DNA of 38,662 bases from an uncultured Nitrososphaerota archaeon (GCA_964628995.1 CAZVPA010000003.1:6590-45251); one strand, 5' to 3'; positions 7,322 through 16,719 are shown, numbered from the stretch's first letter. Numbers and translations: made by a program. Notes: generated from the sequence alone by a model not told the origin.

Positions 7322-7951
7322 GTGATCTGGATGGACACCTCGGAAACACTTAGACGCGTTGAGCTTGATATTACATGCCCTGTATGCAAGGTAGGCTCCC
7401 TCACGATGCTTTATAAAACAATATTAATACCCTACATAGGCCAACTTTTGATCTCCACAATAATATGTTTCACCTGTAAATTTAAGATATCAGATATCTG
7501 GATCGTAAGTAACACAGGAAAATATCGCAAAAAATACCAAACAAGCATTACCGAGGACACAATAAATAACCTCGTGTGTGCCAGTGCTGGAGCAAGAATA
7601 ATGGTTCCCGAACTTGGGGCAGAGATAGACATAAGGACATTCGATGGCGCACATATAACAACAGTTGAGGGAATTCTAAGAGAAATCCTAGACGCAATAA
7701 ACATGCTCATGGATACCGCAGAAAACCCAGCAAAAGCTGAGAAACTCAAGGCCATACTGATGAGCGAAATAGAATCACCCTCAGGAAAATTAACCCTAAT
7801 ACTGGAGGATCCACATGGACATAGTACTATAATCCCGTATGAATACTGGGTACAAAGAACTGAAATGGATCGCCAAGCCCAGATAAACCCTAAAGAAATA
7901 GCGAAAAAAATGATAGAAAAGTGGAGAGAAATCGAGAAACCCCCTATGTAG
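7322..7951 (+). CDS. ZPR1-type zinc-finger protein
   Basis: CPVC...(IPYIG)...CFTC is followed by ARIMVPELGAEIDIRTFDGAHITTVEGILREI, which is the ZPR1 zinc finger plus A-domain pattern. ATG at 7331 is an alternative start. Confidence 0.72.
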   Translation: MIWMDTSETLRRVELDITCPVCKVGSLTMLYKTILIPYIGQLLISTIICFTCKFKISDIWIVSNTGKYRKKYQTSITEDTINNLVCASAGARIMVPELGAEIDIRTFDGAHITTVEGILREILDAINMLMDTAENPAKAEKLKAILMSEIESPSGKLTLILEDPHGHSTIIPYEYWVQRTEMDRQAQINPKEIAKKMIEKWREIEKPPM

Positions 7952-8768
7952 ACCTAAGTATTTGTCTTCTCAAACGCTCAAGCCGCATGACATCAACGAA
8001 CACTATGAAGAATGTAAATATTACCACAGCAAGTATCAGAGGCCACCCATATACCGCAATAATATTTTCTATATTAGCACTTTGAAATACCAAGGAAGTT
8101 AAGAAGAACACCATCGCTATGAGAAGTGACTTGTATAGAACCCTCGCAACATCAGTACCCTCCGCAAAAGTACTCCTAATTAACATACTCCAAGATCTCT
8201 TAGCCGCGCCAATAAATCTAGTGAACTGCGATGCATCCTCCCTAGAAATCCTATTAGATATCCTCCCCAACATATCTTCTAACCTCTCAATCGCTACTCT
8301 ATGCTCATTAATGGCATCAAACATGCGTTTCTGCATCCATGATGACAGATAGAATACTATAGAGATCACAATAAAAAGCAATACTGACACTACAGCAAGT
8401 ACTTGAAGACCAGCAGTAAAGTATGCCTGATAAAGTATGAACCCGATCGCTATCCATACAAGCAGCAAAGATATTGTCAGCCTAACAATATAGACAACAA
8501 ATCTGCTCAGGGCAAAAAGTACCACAGCAACCATAAAAAATGCCACAACTAACGTGACCATACTTATATTCAGAACCGCAGGGACATTCTTTTCAATCAA
8601 ACCTGCTGCCACAAGTACTATAAGCAGTGCTACTATGGTCTCAACAATTATTGTCGTAACCGCGAATGCATATGCAAAACCAGTAGTCTGAAGTTTAGAA
8701 CGCAACCTTCCTATCTCCGAACCACGACTCATAATAGACACCATATATTGTGGATAGAAATACAACAT
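7944..8768 (-). CDS. Integral membrane protein, unknown function
   Basis: There are about 4 N-terminal TM helices, a ~70-aa charged helical loop (NEHRVAIERLEDMLGRISNRISRED) and 2 C-terminal TM helices. I recognised no family motif. Met-13 (8732) is a possible true start. Confidence 0.55.
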   Translation of the reverse strand: MLYFYPQYMVSIMSRGSEIGRLRSKLQTTGFAYAFAVTTIIVETIVALLIVLVAAGLIEKNVPAVLNISMVTLVVAFFMVAVVLFALSRFVVYIVRLTISLLLVWIAIGFILYQAYFTAGLQVLAVVSVLLFIVISIVFYLSSWMQKRMFDAINEHRVAIERLEDMLGRISNRISREDASQFTRFIGAAKRSWSMLIRSTFAEGTDVARVLYKSLLIAMVFFLTSLVFQSANIENIIAVYGWPLILAVVIFTFFIVFVDVMRLERLRRQILRST

Positions 8769-8816
8769 TTATAACACATTAAAAGGAGGTGAGATAAAAT
8801 TATATGGAACCTACTC

Positions 8817-9590
8817 GTGATGGATTCGGCTGGGACACTCATATATTCTTGGTTACATCCAAAGGCCCCGAAGGATCTGCTCAAGAAGTATGAACCTACG
8901 ATGATCGCTGGGTTCATAAGTGCGATAATCAAATTTGGATATGAGATAATAGCACAGCCCCAGCGGATAGACTTTGGAGACATAGCTATGAGCTTTTTCT
9001 CCCTAAAGATAGCGGATAGGATATTTTGGTTCACTATACTCTCGGATACCTCAGACCCACGGCGCGCCACTATAAGATTTCTCCAAGAATTTGTCCAAAA
9101 AGCGAGAGAACTTCTATTAGAAATCAGCGCCGTAGAAGGATTCGCGATACTATCCCAAGATACCGAGAGAACATTAAATAGCATTGTCGAGAAAATCCTC
9201 AGAAAAACAACAAGAATACTACCGGAAATACGTTCAGATGACAAAAAAGCGTTACCATTCGCGATACCCTTAACATTAATCATAACTATCATTCTGAACA
9301 CTACTTTCTACGCATATATAATTCCCTCAATAAGCCTCCCCCTAGAGGCCATAATAGGGATACTATTGATTAATTATGGGCTCATAGGAATATTAGGTGG
9401 CTTAATAAGTAGTAGGAGTATCGCTGGAGGAATCTCCGCGTACATTGCCGCTACAATATCACCACTAGCTTACGGATTAGGTCCTGGCCAGATACTCATA
9501 ATAGCGAGCTCCCTAAGTATTTGGAGTGGGATCGTTGGGATGATATTTGGATCATACATCAATTCCCGCAAGCTTACCCTACCTACCTAA
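8817..9590 (+). CDS. Membrane protein with an N-terminal soluble alpha/beta domain (longin/roadblock-like pattern) and ~4 C-terminal TM helices
   Basis: The N-terminal ~130 aa (GTLIYSW...MIAGFISAIIKFGYEI...DRIFWFTILSDTSDPRRATIRFLQEFVQKAREL) is soluble. The C-terminal ~110 aa is strongly hydrophobic and glycine-rich. The fold assignment is speculative. Confidence 0.5.
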   Translation: MMDSAGTLIYSWLHPKAPKDLLKKYEPTMIAGFISAIIKFGYEIIAQPQRIDFGDIAMSFFSLKIADRIFWFTILSDTSDPRRATIRFLQEFVQKARELLLEISAVEGFAILSQDTERTLNSIVEKILRKTTRILPEIRSDDKKALPFAIPLTLIITIILNTTFYAYIIPSISLPLEAIIGILLINYGLIGILGGLISSRSIAGGISAYIAATISPLAYGLGPGQILIIASSLSIWSGIVGMIFGSYINSRKLTLPT

Positions 9591-12197
9591 TAGGTTCCTT
9601 ATTTTTTCGTACATCGCGAGGATCCATCTCTCTCTATCGGCCATTGTCAGTACATCACTAAGAGCCGCCAATACTATCCCTTGTGCGAATGGACTTAGTG
9701 TTTTAACATCTACCTTCTCAACACAGACAACATCTATATCGCCCCTCTTCATGCCTTGGAATACCTCCTCAGCATGTATGACATCCATATAGTCCTCGAG
9801 TATCTCCCTATACGTCTCCTTGATCACCGGAAAATCCTCTGGGAGTAACCTAACAAGGACGCTTGCCTTTAGCCTCTGCTTCCTAACAGAGATCTCTGTT
9901 CCCTTGTACCTGCGGAGAATCATGAAGGACCTATTAGCAACATGCCTAAACCTATTGATGAACAACTCTGTATTTCTAATAGCCTCCTTAAGAGCACTAA
10001 TAAATTCTGTCCTGAAAGCCCTATCAATTATGACCTGAGGATCAGGGTTCACATACCATGGAAATACCAGATCAAAACCATTATCCGTAACGCCAATCCC
10101 AACATTACAGCTATAGATCTCAGACGCAATAAACGCAAAGAAGCGAGCCAACGCATCACACGTACGTCTCCCATAGGCAGCATGAAAGATCAGGTGAGTC
10201 CTGTTATACTCATCCACCCATCTCTCGATCAGAATTCTCCTATGCGTAGGAACCATCCCGAGAAATCTTATCTGGTCGCGGAAATACCTAACCACATTCT
10301 TAATTGTCGAGTCATCCGCATTGTATTTCTCTCTTAGAACCCTCTTTACCTCCTCTACCCTATCCCTCTTGAGTAGACGCTCCATTTTCTCCCTGAACTT
10401 ACCAATCTCTATCGATAGATCATATGATCGTGGTAGTTGTTCCCCAACCCACGATGGGACAGTAGGATTCTCCTTCTTGGCCTCGACAACTATGACCTTA
10501 TCATTCTTTATTCCATCAACCTTATACTTCCGGCCAGCAAGAATAAAAACATCTCCTGGAACAAGCCTCTCCACAAATGGTTCAGAGAGCATACCTATCC
10601 ACATTTTACGGCCATTCCTCTTAAGGTAAACCTTATAGTCCGCCTCATCGGGAATCGCACCTTGGTTAAGATAATATATCATCCGGGCCATTCTCTTCCT
10701 CCCAAAAACACCCTCCTTTTCATCAAACCAGAGTTTCCGATAGACCTTCTGATACTCCAAATCGACATGCTTCCCAGCCAGATAGTTCAGAACATCCATG
10801 AACTCCTCAAATGTCAGATCATGATAGTTGTAGGAGCGCTTTATAACGCGATAGGCCTCCTCCACATTCCACTTTTTCTCAATACTCATCGCCACTAGAT
10901 GTTGCGCCAAAATATCAAGACAATTCTTGGGGATCGATACCTTATCCAGTTTACCATCATAGGCACATCTAGCAAGAACCAATAGTTCTACTAAATCATC
11001 CTCATCTAGGGCTAGAAAACGCCCCCTAGAAACCCTATGTATAGCATGGCCAGCCCGACCGATTCTTTGAAGCCCCTTCATCACAGAGCGGGGTGATCCT
11101 ACTTGGACAACTAGATCTATGTAGCCAATATCTATCCCCAATTCTAGGGATGTCGATGTTACGACAGCGCGCATTCTACCATTCTTAAGAGCATCTTCTA
11201 CATCAAGTCTGACTTCCCTGCCCAAGGAGGAATGATGAACCCCTATCTTTTGTGCCCATCTCTTACCAAGTTCCTTCTTTAATTTGTAGGCGACAGCCTC
11301 AGCGCCCGCACGGGTATTTGTAAAAATTAAGGTTGTCCGGTACTTCTTGACGAACTTCTTGAGGATCTCATACATTTCTCTGGAGGCGCGTTCCCTAAAC
11401 CTCAAATCGTCGGATGGACATATAACCTTCAAATCGAGCTTCTTTATCCCCAGGACTTCAACAATATAGCACTGCCTAGGCGTACCATCATCATTAAAGC
11501 CCACAAGCCACTTGGCGATTTCCCGAACTGGAGCTTGCGTGGCTGAGAGCCCTATCCTAACAAAATTCTTCGCGAAAAACTGGAGTCTCTCGAGCGATAG
11601 TGATAAGTGGACACCCCTCTTATTATCAGATAGCTCATGTACCTCATCGATAATGACCCACTCAACATCGTATAGCTTATAGCGGAACTTTGGGGCCAAA
11701 AGCATATTCGCCAGACTCTCAGGAGTAGTAATTAATATATGGGGAGGCTTCCTAAGCATCTTAGAACGTTGAGAAGAAGAAGTATCACCATGCCTGACAA
11801 ATATCCTTATCTCTGGGAGCTCATACCCCATCTCCTCCGCTACTTTCCTTATCCCCTCATAGGGAACTTGAAGGTTCTTTCTAATATCATTACTCAGCGC
11901 GCGGAGAGGAGAAACATAGATACAGTAAACCTTGTCCTCAAGCCTGCCCTCCTCACCAAGTCTAAACAACTCATCAAGAATGCCAAGAAATGCTGCTAGG
12001 GTCTTCCCACTTCCAGTAGGCGAGAAAATAAGGACATTCTTCCTGGCCTTTATCAAAGGAATAGCATATCTCTGAGGCTTAAGGAACCTCCTAAATGTCC
12101 TCCTGAACCACTCAGCGGTATACGGCCTCAACAGACCCAGAACTTCCTTATTACTGGGAGGCCTCTTACGTACTCTGACTATCCTACCCAATGGCAT
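9579..12197 (-). CDS. lhr: Lhr-type large ATP-dependent DEAD/DEAH-box helicase
   Basis: Motif I is SPTGSGKTLAAF, motif II is IIDEVHEL, motif III is SATQAP and motif VI is QRIGRAGH. A ~400-aa Lhr-type C-terminal domain follows. The ORF track extends to 12257, but MPLGRIV (ATG at 12197) is the more plausible start. Confidence 0.88.
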   Translation of the reverse strand: MPLGRIVRVRKRPPSNKEVLGLLRPYTAEWFRRTFRRFLKPQRYAIPLIKARKNVLIFSPTGSGKTLAAFLGILDELFRLGEEGRLEDKVYCIYVSPLRALSNDIRKNLQVPYEGIRKVAEEMGYELPEIRIFVRHGDTSSSQRSKMLRKPPHILITTPESLANMLLAPKFRYKLYDVEWVIIDEVHELSDNKRGVHLSLSLERLQFFAKNFVRIGLSATQAPVREIAKWLVGFNDDGTPRQCYIVEVLGIKKLDLKVICPSDDLRFRERASREMYEILKKFVKKYRTTLIFTNTRAGAEAVAYKLKKELGKRWAQKIGVHHSSLGREVRLDVEDALKNGRMRAVVTSTSLELGIDIGYIDLVVQVGSPRSVMKGLQRIGRAGHAIHRVSRGRFLALDEDDLVELLVLARCAYDGKLDKVSIPKNCLDILAQHLVAMSIEKKWNVEEAYRVIKRSYNYHDLTFEEFMDVLNYLAGKHVDLEYQKVYRKLWFDEKEGVFGRKRMARMIYYLNQGAIPDEADYKVYLKRNGRKMWIGMLSEPFVERLVPGDVFILAGRKYKVDGIKNDKVIVVEAKKENPTVPSWVGEQLPRSYDLSIEIGKFREKMERLLKRDRVEEVKRVLREKYNADDSTIKNVVRYFRDQIRFLGMVPTHRRILIERWVDEYNRTHLIFHAAYGRRTCDALARFFAFIASEIYSCNVGIGVTDNGFDLVFPWYVNPDPQVIIDRAFRTEFISALKEAIRNTELFINRFRHVANRSFMILRRYKGTEISVRKQRLKASVLVRLLPEDFPVIKETYREILEDYMDVIHAEEVFQGMKRGDIDVVCVEKVDVKTLSPFAQGIVLAALSDVLTMADRERWILAMYEKIRNLLGR

Positions 12198-12410
12198 CAC
12201 ATATGTGACTAAAGAGATTTTAGAGTCGTAATACGAGATAAAAACACTACTATACAACCAGGAGCTCCATAAAATCTCAACCTTTTATCTCAGTGAATAA
12301 TATCTACATATTGAAGAGCCTAGAAGACCGCCAAAGGAGGAGAATATGCGAATACGGAAACATGACCACGCATACTATAGCGATAGCTATTAGGATTATG
12401 GTGCTCTACA

Positions 12411-13688
12411 ATGCGGGTATACATCCATACTACTGGATGCTCAATCAACCAAGCATTGGGAGAAATTCTCCTGAAAAATATCGAGAAATACGACATTACA
12501 GAAGACCCCTCAGAAGCCAATATTATAATTCTCAATCTATGCGCCGTGAAAAAACCTACGGAGGATAAGGGAATAGCACTAGCCAAGAAACTAGTATCCA
12601 TGAAGAAACACGTCATAATAACTGGGTGTCTAGCTGAGAGCTCCCACAACAGGATAAAGAGAGAGATCCCTGAAGCAAACATCGTTAGTACTGGATACAT
12701 ACTATCCATGGGGATAGACACAATAATACAAAAAATATTGAAAGGAGAGAAAATCACCATTACTGGCGCGCCTGTTCAGCTGAAATATCCAACAGAAAGA
12801 ATAATGAAAAATCCGTTCGTGGGGATAGTGCCTATAGCTTTCGGATGTACTAATAATTGCGCATATTGCATCGACAAGAGAATATGGGGACGGATAAGAA
12901 GCATCCCTCTAGAGGAAGTAGTGCGGGAGATATGGAAGTTGCTAGATAGGGGGGCTGTAGAGATAAGACTCACAGCCCATGACACCGCCGCATATGGTCT
13001 GGACAGAGGCTATACCCTTGTGGATCTGTTAGAAAAAATACTGACACGTGATGGAGAATATAGGATCAGGATAGGTATGGCCTCACCAAACACATTCCGT
13101 AGAATTGCTGATGCTCTCCTAGACATAATCAAGAATGATGATAGAGTGTACAATTTTGTCCATATACCCGTGCAGTCAGGGTCGGACAGAATACTCCGAT
13201 TGATGAGAAGACCCTATACTGCTGATGAGTATGTGAGAATATTCACCAAAGTGAGAAAAACACTGGGGGAAGATGCCACAATAGCAACAGACATAATATC
13301 TGCCTTTCCAACAGAAACGGAGGAGGACCATAAAGCAACAATAAGACTCATTCAGAACCTAAAACCAGACATTGTGAATCTCTCAAGATATGGAGATAGA
13401 CCAGGAGTCCCCTCCTCAACCATAAGGCCAAAGATACACAGCAAAATTGCGAAAAGAAGAACGAAGGAACTATTCGAACTCATCAGAAAAATATCCTATG
13501 AGCGAAACCTGAGATTTGTGAACAAAGAAATGGATGTCCTCTTCCTAGAAAAGAAAGGACTGTACGCTGGAAGAGCAAACAACAACAGAATAGTATATGT
13601 GAACAACCATGTCGAACTAGGAAAATTCTACACCGTAAAGATAAGGAATACTACATGGAAGGCACTATATGGAACAGTAAACCTGTGA
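12411..13688 (+). CDS. Radical-SAM tRNA methylthiotransferase (MiaB/MtaB/CDKAL1 family)
   Basis: The N-terminal UPF0004 domain is present (YIHTTGCSINQ...NLCAV). The radical SAM motif is GCTNNCAYC, and a C-terminal TRAM-like domain (YTVKIRN) follows. Confidence 0.85.
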   Translation: MRVYIHTTGCSINQALGEILLKNIEKYDITEDPSEANIIILNLCAVKKPTEDKGIALAKKLVSMKKHVIITGCLAESSHNRIKREIPEANIVSTGYILSMGIDTIIQKILKGEKITITGAPVQLKYPTERIMKNPFVGIVPIAFGCTNNCAYCIDKRIWGRIRSIPLEEVVREIWKLLDRGAVEIRLTAHDTAAYGLDRGYTLVDLLEKILTRDGEYRIRIGMASPNTFRRIADALLDIIKNDDRVYNFVHIPVQSGSDRILRLMRRPYTADEYVRIFTKVRKTLGEDATIATDIISAFPTETEEDHKATIRLIQNLKPDIVNLSRYGDRPGVPSSTIRPKIHSKIAKRRTKELFELIRKISYERNLRFVNKEMDVLFLEKKGLYAGRANNNRIVYVNNHVELGKFYTVKIRNTTWKALYGTVNL

Positions 13689-14312
13689 ACCACACACATA
13701 CCCCCAACCACACATAAAGAACGATAGATCCACCAAGCAGACAACACCAAATATCCAGCTCCCAACAGCACCACTTCCATATTCTATCCAACATCGTGGA
13801 GTCCATTAGCACTAGAAAACAATACTGTGAACATGGAACCCAAGAAACCAATCATATGTCTAGGCTACTTCATGCTAATTATTGATGTATGGCTAGAGTA
13901 TTCCACACGTTGCCCAGGTACGATAGTATGGATCCAGTAGAAAGTCAGGGGTTCCCAATGTCTATCTCCATGTGAAACATATCTAGCCATTCATATTTAT
14001 GCGATCCAGCGCTTATTTCTTCATTTTCTCGATTTGTGATTGGCTATATAGGACCTCCTATTTTTGACCCCTCATTTCCACTGGAGAACCCGTGAGGACT
14101 AGATCGTATCGTATTCACAATTTTCACATTTTCATCCACTTTTACTGGGAGTATGGCTCGGTTTTGGATGAATCTTATGTTATTCCCAAGACTTTTGGTG
14201 TGGTTTTTTCCACTCGAAATATAGTAATATGGGTTTCTCTTTGGTCTCTATGTTGAGTGGAAATGTATAGCGTCCAGTTTTGTTCTCTCTAGGATAGAAA
14301 AACTGTTGTGGG

Positions 14313-14750
14313 TCAGAATTGTGTTATTCTTTTCCATGAGATCTCTTCTATTTGTGAATACATTTCGTCATAGCTAACAAGCGTCATGTCTTCCTCGTAT
14401 GCGACCCCTGCATGTAGAGCGTCAAAGAAACCTAATTGTGGATATAGTGTCCTCAGGAAATCTGCGGTGATTATGTGGTTTGGTTTTATGGGTATTACAT
14501 CAATGTTGTATTCCCCGAGCTTATCAAAAATTATTATTAGGGCTTCATAGACCTCCTTGCTGCTTAGTCCATGGGAATATAGGACTGTCCTGAATTCGAC
14601 CAGAGCAGTTCCAGCTAGGTAGCATCTGATGTCTCCCTGACGGTGAAGTTTGAGGATCCCTTTTATGTATGGGTGTAATTTATCCCGTGGGTTAAGCCCA
14701 AAAATGAAGTCGGTCTCAACTAGGATTCGTGGGTATTCTTCAGTAACCAT
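14313..14750 (-). CDS. vapC: PIN-domain ribonuclease toxin VapC
   Basis: The acidic PIN residues are in the usual contexts: LVETDFIF, ...FFDALHAG..., VSYDE. It is 145 aa and overlaps the upstream antitoxin gene. Confidence 0.8.
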   Translation of the reverse strand: MVTEEYPRILVETDFIFGLNPRDKLHPYIKGILKLHRQGDIRCYLAGTALVEFRTVLYSHGLSSKEVYEALIIIFDKLGEYNIDVIPIKPNHIITADFLRTLYPQLGFFDALHAGVAYEEDMTLVSYDEMYSQIEEISWKRITQF

Positions 14751-14959
14751 TCTTCAGCCTGCTCCCTAGCTTTTCTTCCCCATTTTATTTTCGCAAGAAT
14801 TTTTGATAGCTTATCTATACTTGTGTCTATGGGCTTGACGAGCAAGCCATCCTTGTGCCTAATTATAACAACTTTTTTGCCAGCGGAAATACCATATTTC
14901 CTTCTCAATCTTTTGTTAATCAAAATTCTCCCACGACTATCGACTGTGGCTATCTCCAT
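14720..14959 (-). CDS. vapB: AbrB/SpoVT-family antitoxin VapB
   Basis: MEIATVDSRGRILINKRLRRKYGISAGKKVVI is a swapped-hairpin AbrB/MazE-type motif. The ORF track runs to 15010, but the ATG at 14959 is preceded by a T-rich TATA-like block about 20-30 nt upstream, which suggests a leaderless mRNA. Confidence 0.8.
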   Translation of the reverse strand: MEIATVDSRGRILINKRLRRKYGISAGKKVVIIRHKDGLLVKPIDTSIDKLSKILAKIKWGRKAREQAEEWLLKNTHES

Positions 14960-14971
14960 ATTATATCCCAT

Positions 14972-14990
14972 AAAACATAAAAAAAATGGG
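14972..14990 (-). promoter_or_regulatory. Putative TATA/BRE region for leaderless vapBC transcription
   Basis: The minus strand reads CCCATTTTTTTTATGTTTTATGGGATATAAT directly before the ATG. The T/A block is centred about 24-28 nt upstream of the start codon. Confidence 0.35.
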
Positions 14991-15435
14991 AAAAAATTAA
15001 AAGTACACATTTTTTAGTTGGAGCATACATTATGCTAGCGTATTGTGAGGAAAGTCTTCGTGCTACCGGCCTATTTGGGAGAGAATTATTGTCTAGGCTT
15101 CGATATTCTCTTGTATGGGTATATATGGCCCCATAATAGCATTAAGAATATTTGAATTTGTCTTATCAGCCAGCGAGTTGCCTATGCGAGGGGTTTCGGT
15201 TTTTGGTAATGGTCAAGAAAAGAAGCTTGACATTATGTCCAGACATTTTTTGTCCTTAATTTCCTTAGTTTTTCTATGGAGAGTAGTATACATTAAGGGA
15301 AGAAATGTTGGATATTATGTGCGACATTGTAGTTTCTGTGTATAACGCACATCCTACATAATGATTGATATTGTTGTTATCATTTATGTTTGGTTATTTT
15401 GTTGTCTGGTGTTTCGGGCTGGATGGGTGATATTA

Positions 15436-16719
15436 GTGGATGAGGTTAGGAGGATCCTAGGTATTGTAAGGGAACAGAATCGTTGGAGGCGGTATGAGTG
15501 TATTAATCTGGTGGCATCAGAAAATGTCATGTCTCCGTTGGCTGAGAGAGTTTATATCTCGGATTTCATCGGCCGCTATAATGAGCATGATGGGAGGAGT
15601 CATTATCAGGGAACGAGGTATGCTATGGAGATAGAAGCGGTCGTTAAGGAGATTATTGGTCGGAGGTTTGGTACTCGTTTTGTAGAGGTTAGGCCTCTGA
15701 GTGGGGGTATAGCGAATCTGATTGTTTTTAGAGCCCTAGCTAGGCTTGGTGATGTTGTTGTTTCTCCTCGGCTTACTGCTGGTGCTCATGTTTCGCATAC
15801 TAGATATGGTGCTGTAGGTATTCTTGGCTTGACGGAGATTCCAGCATATTTTGATCATGAGGATATGGTGATGGATGTTGATAGGACAATTGAATTGATA
15901 AATAATGTTAGGCCGAAGATTGTTATATTTGGTAGGTCGGTTATTCTTTTTCCGGAGCCTGTGAGGGAGATTAGGGATGCTATCGATCCCAAAATAAAGA
16001 TTGTCTATGATGTTGCTCATGTTTTTGGTCTGATATATGGTGGGGAGTTCCAAGACCCGTTTGCTGAGGGTGCTGATATAATTACTTCGTCGACACATAA
16101 GACTTTTCCTGGGCCCCAAGGAGGGATTATTATTGGTAGGAACGATTTTGATGAGGATCTCTGGAGGAGGATTGAGAGGGTAACATTTCCTGGTGTTGTC
16201 TATAATCACCATATACATAGATTACCAGCACTGGGGATAACTGCGTTGGAGATGGAGAGATTTGGTCGAGAATATGCGAAACAGGTGATAAGGAATGCAA
16301 GGAGGTTGGCGGAGGAATTGTATTCCTATGGCTTTAAGGTTCTTTGTCCTCATAAGGGATTCACACAGTCCCATCAAGTACTCCTAGATGTCAGAGGGCT
16401 CGGTGGGGGTAGAGTAGTTGCAGAGAAGCTCGAGGAGAACAATATAATAGTAACAAAGGTGGCATTACCATGGGACTCAGATAGGGACGCAACTGCAAAT
16501 CCTAGCGGTATTAGGATTGGTGTTCAGGAGATGACTAGGTTTGGTATGAAAGAATCGGATATGTCCTATATAGCTGAGCTATTTCACAGGGTTCTTAATG
16601 AGGGTAAAGATGTTGTGGGGGAAGTCGTCGAGTTTAGGAAGGGATTTGATGAGGTCAAATATTGTTTCGAGGTGGATAGGTATGAGGATCATCTTGTGGG
16701 ACTATTTGGAGGATGCTGA
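15436..16719 (+). CDS. glyA: Serine hydroxymethyltransferase
   Basis: NLVASENVMSPLA, the PLP-lysine motif TSSTHKTFPGPQGG and VTFPGVVYNHH are all present. The ORF track starts at 15361, but the first ~25 codons are hydrophobic junk. GTG at 15436 has GGTGA 5 nt upstream. Confidence 0.92.
   Translation: MDEVRRILGIVREQNRWRRYECINLVASENVMSPLAERVYISDFIGRYNEHDGRSHYQGTRYAMEIEAVVKEIIGRRFGTRFVEVRPLSGGIANLIVFRALARLGDVVVSPRLTAGAHVSHTRYGAVGILGLTEIPAYFDHEDMVMDVDRTIELINNVRPKIVIFGRSVILFPEPVREIRDAIDPKIKIVYDVAHVFGLIYGGEFQDPFAEGADIITSSTHKTFPGPQGGIIIGRNDFDEDLWRRIERVTFPGVVYNHHIHRLPALGITALEMERFGREYAKQVIRNARRLAEELYSYGFKVLCPHKGFTQSHQVLLDVRGLGGGRVVAEKLEENNIIVTKVALPWDSDRDATANPSGIRIGVQEMTRFGMKESDMSYIAELFHRVLNEGKDVVGEVVEFRKGFDEVKYCFEVDRYEDHLVGLFGGC

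Noticed and set aside
8729-9301. A 190-codon minus-strand ORF overlaps the 8817-9590 gene.
   Set aside because: The plus-strand frame gives a coherent protein with a soluble domain and TM helices, and it has a divergent promoter gap. The minus-strand product is low-complexity and Ser/Ile/Asn-rich.
9820-11999. Plus-strand ORFs (9820-10038, 9942-10337, 10321-10629, 10437-10898, 11739-11999) lie opposite the Lhr helicase gene.
   Set aside because: They are entirely antisense to a gene with all helicase motifs. Their composition is atypical and no motif is recognisable.
12293-12760. ORFs 12293-12568 (+) and 12320-12760 (-) overlap the start of the methylthiotransferase gene.
   Set aside because: They overlap the strongly supported radical-SAM gene or its promoter. 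Their products are low-complexity, and the frame starting at 12411 carries the conserved N-terminal domain.
13651-13851. A 66-codon minus-strand ORF overlaps the methylthiotransferase 3' end and the C/A-rich tract.
   Set aside because: Its translation is Trp/Cys/Leu-rich because it is the complement of C/A-rich DNA. It has no start context and no homology pattern.
15115-15345. A 76-codon plus-strand ORF lies in the vapB-glyA gap.
   Set aside because: It has implausible composition, no ribosome-binding or promoter context, and no recognisable motif. The region is treated as non-coding.
15361-15435. There is a hydrophobic N-terminal extension of SHMT (MIDIVVIIYVWLFCCLVFRAGWVIL), which could be a signal peptide.
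   Set aside because: SHMT is cytosolic and homology begins at about VDEVRR. A GTG with a GGTGA Shine-Dalgarno-like sequence sits at 15436, so the extension is most likely an ORF-calling artefact.
16598-16681. The ORF track gives ThyX a 28-codon N-terminal extension.
   Set aside because: It overlaps the glyA C-terminus in another frame and has no ThyX homology. ATG 16682 gives a typical ThyX N-terminus.
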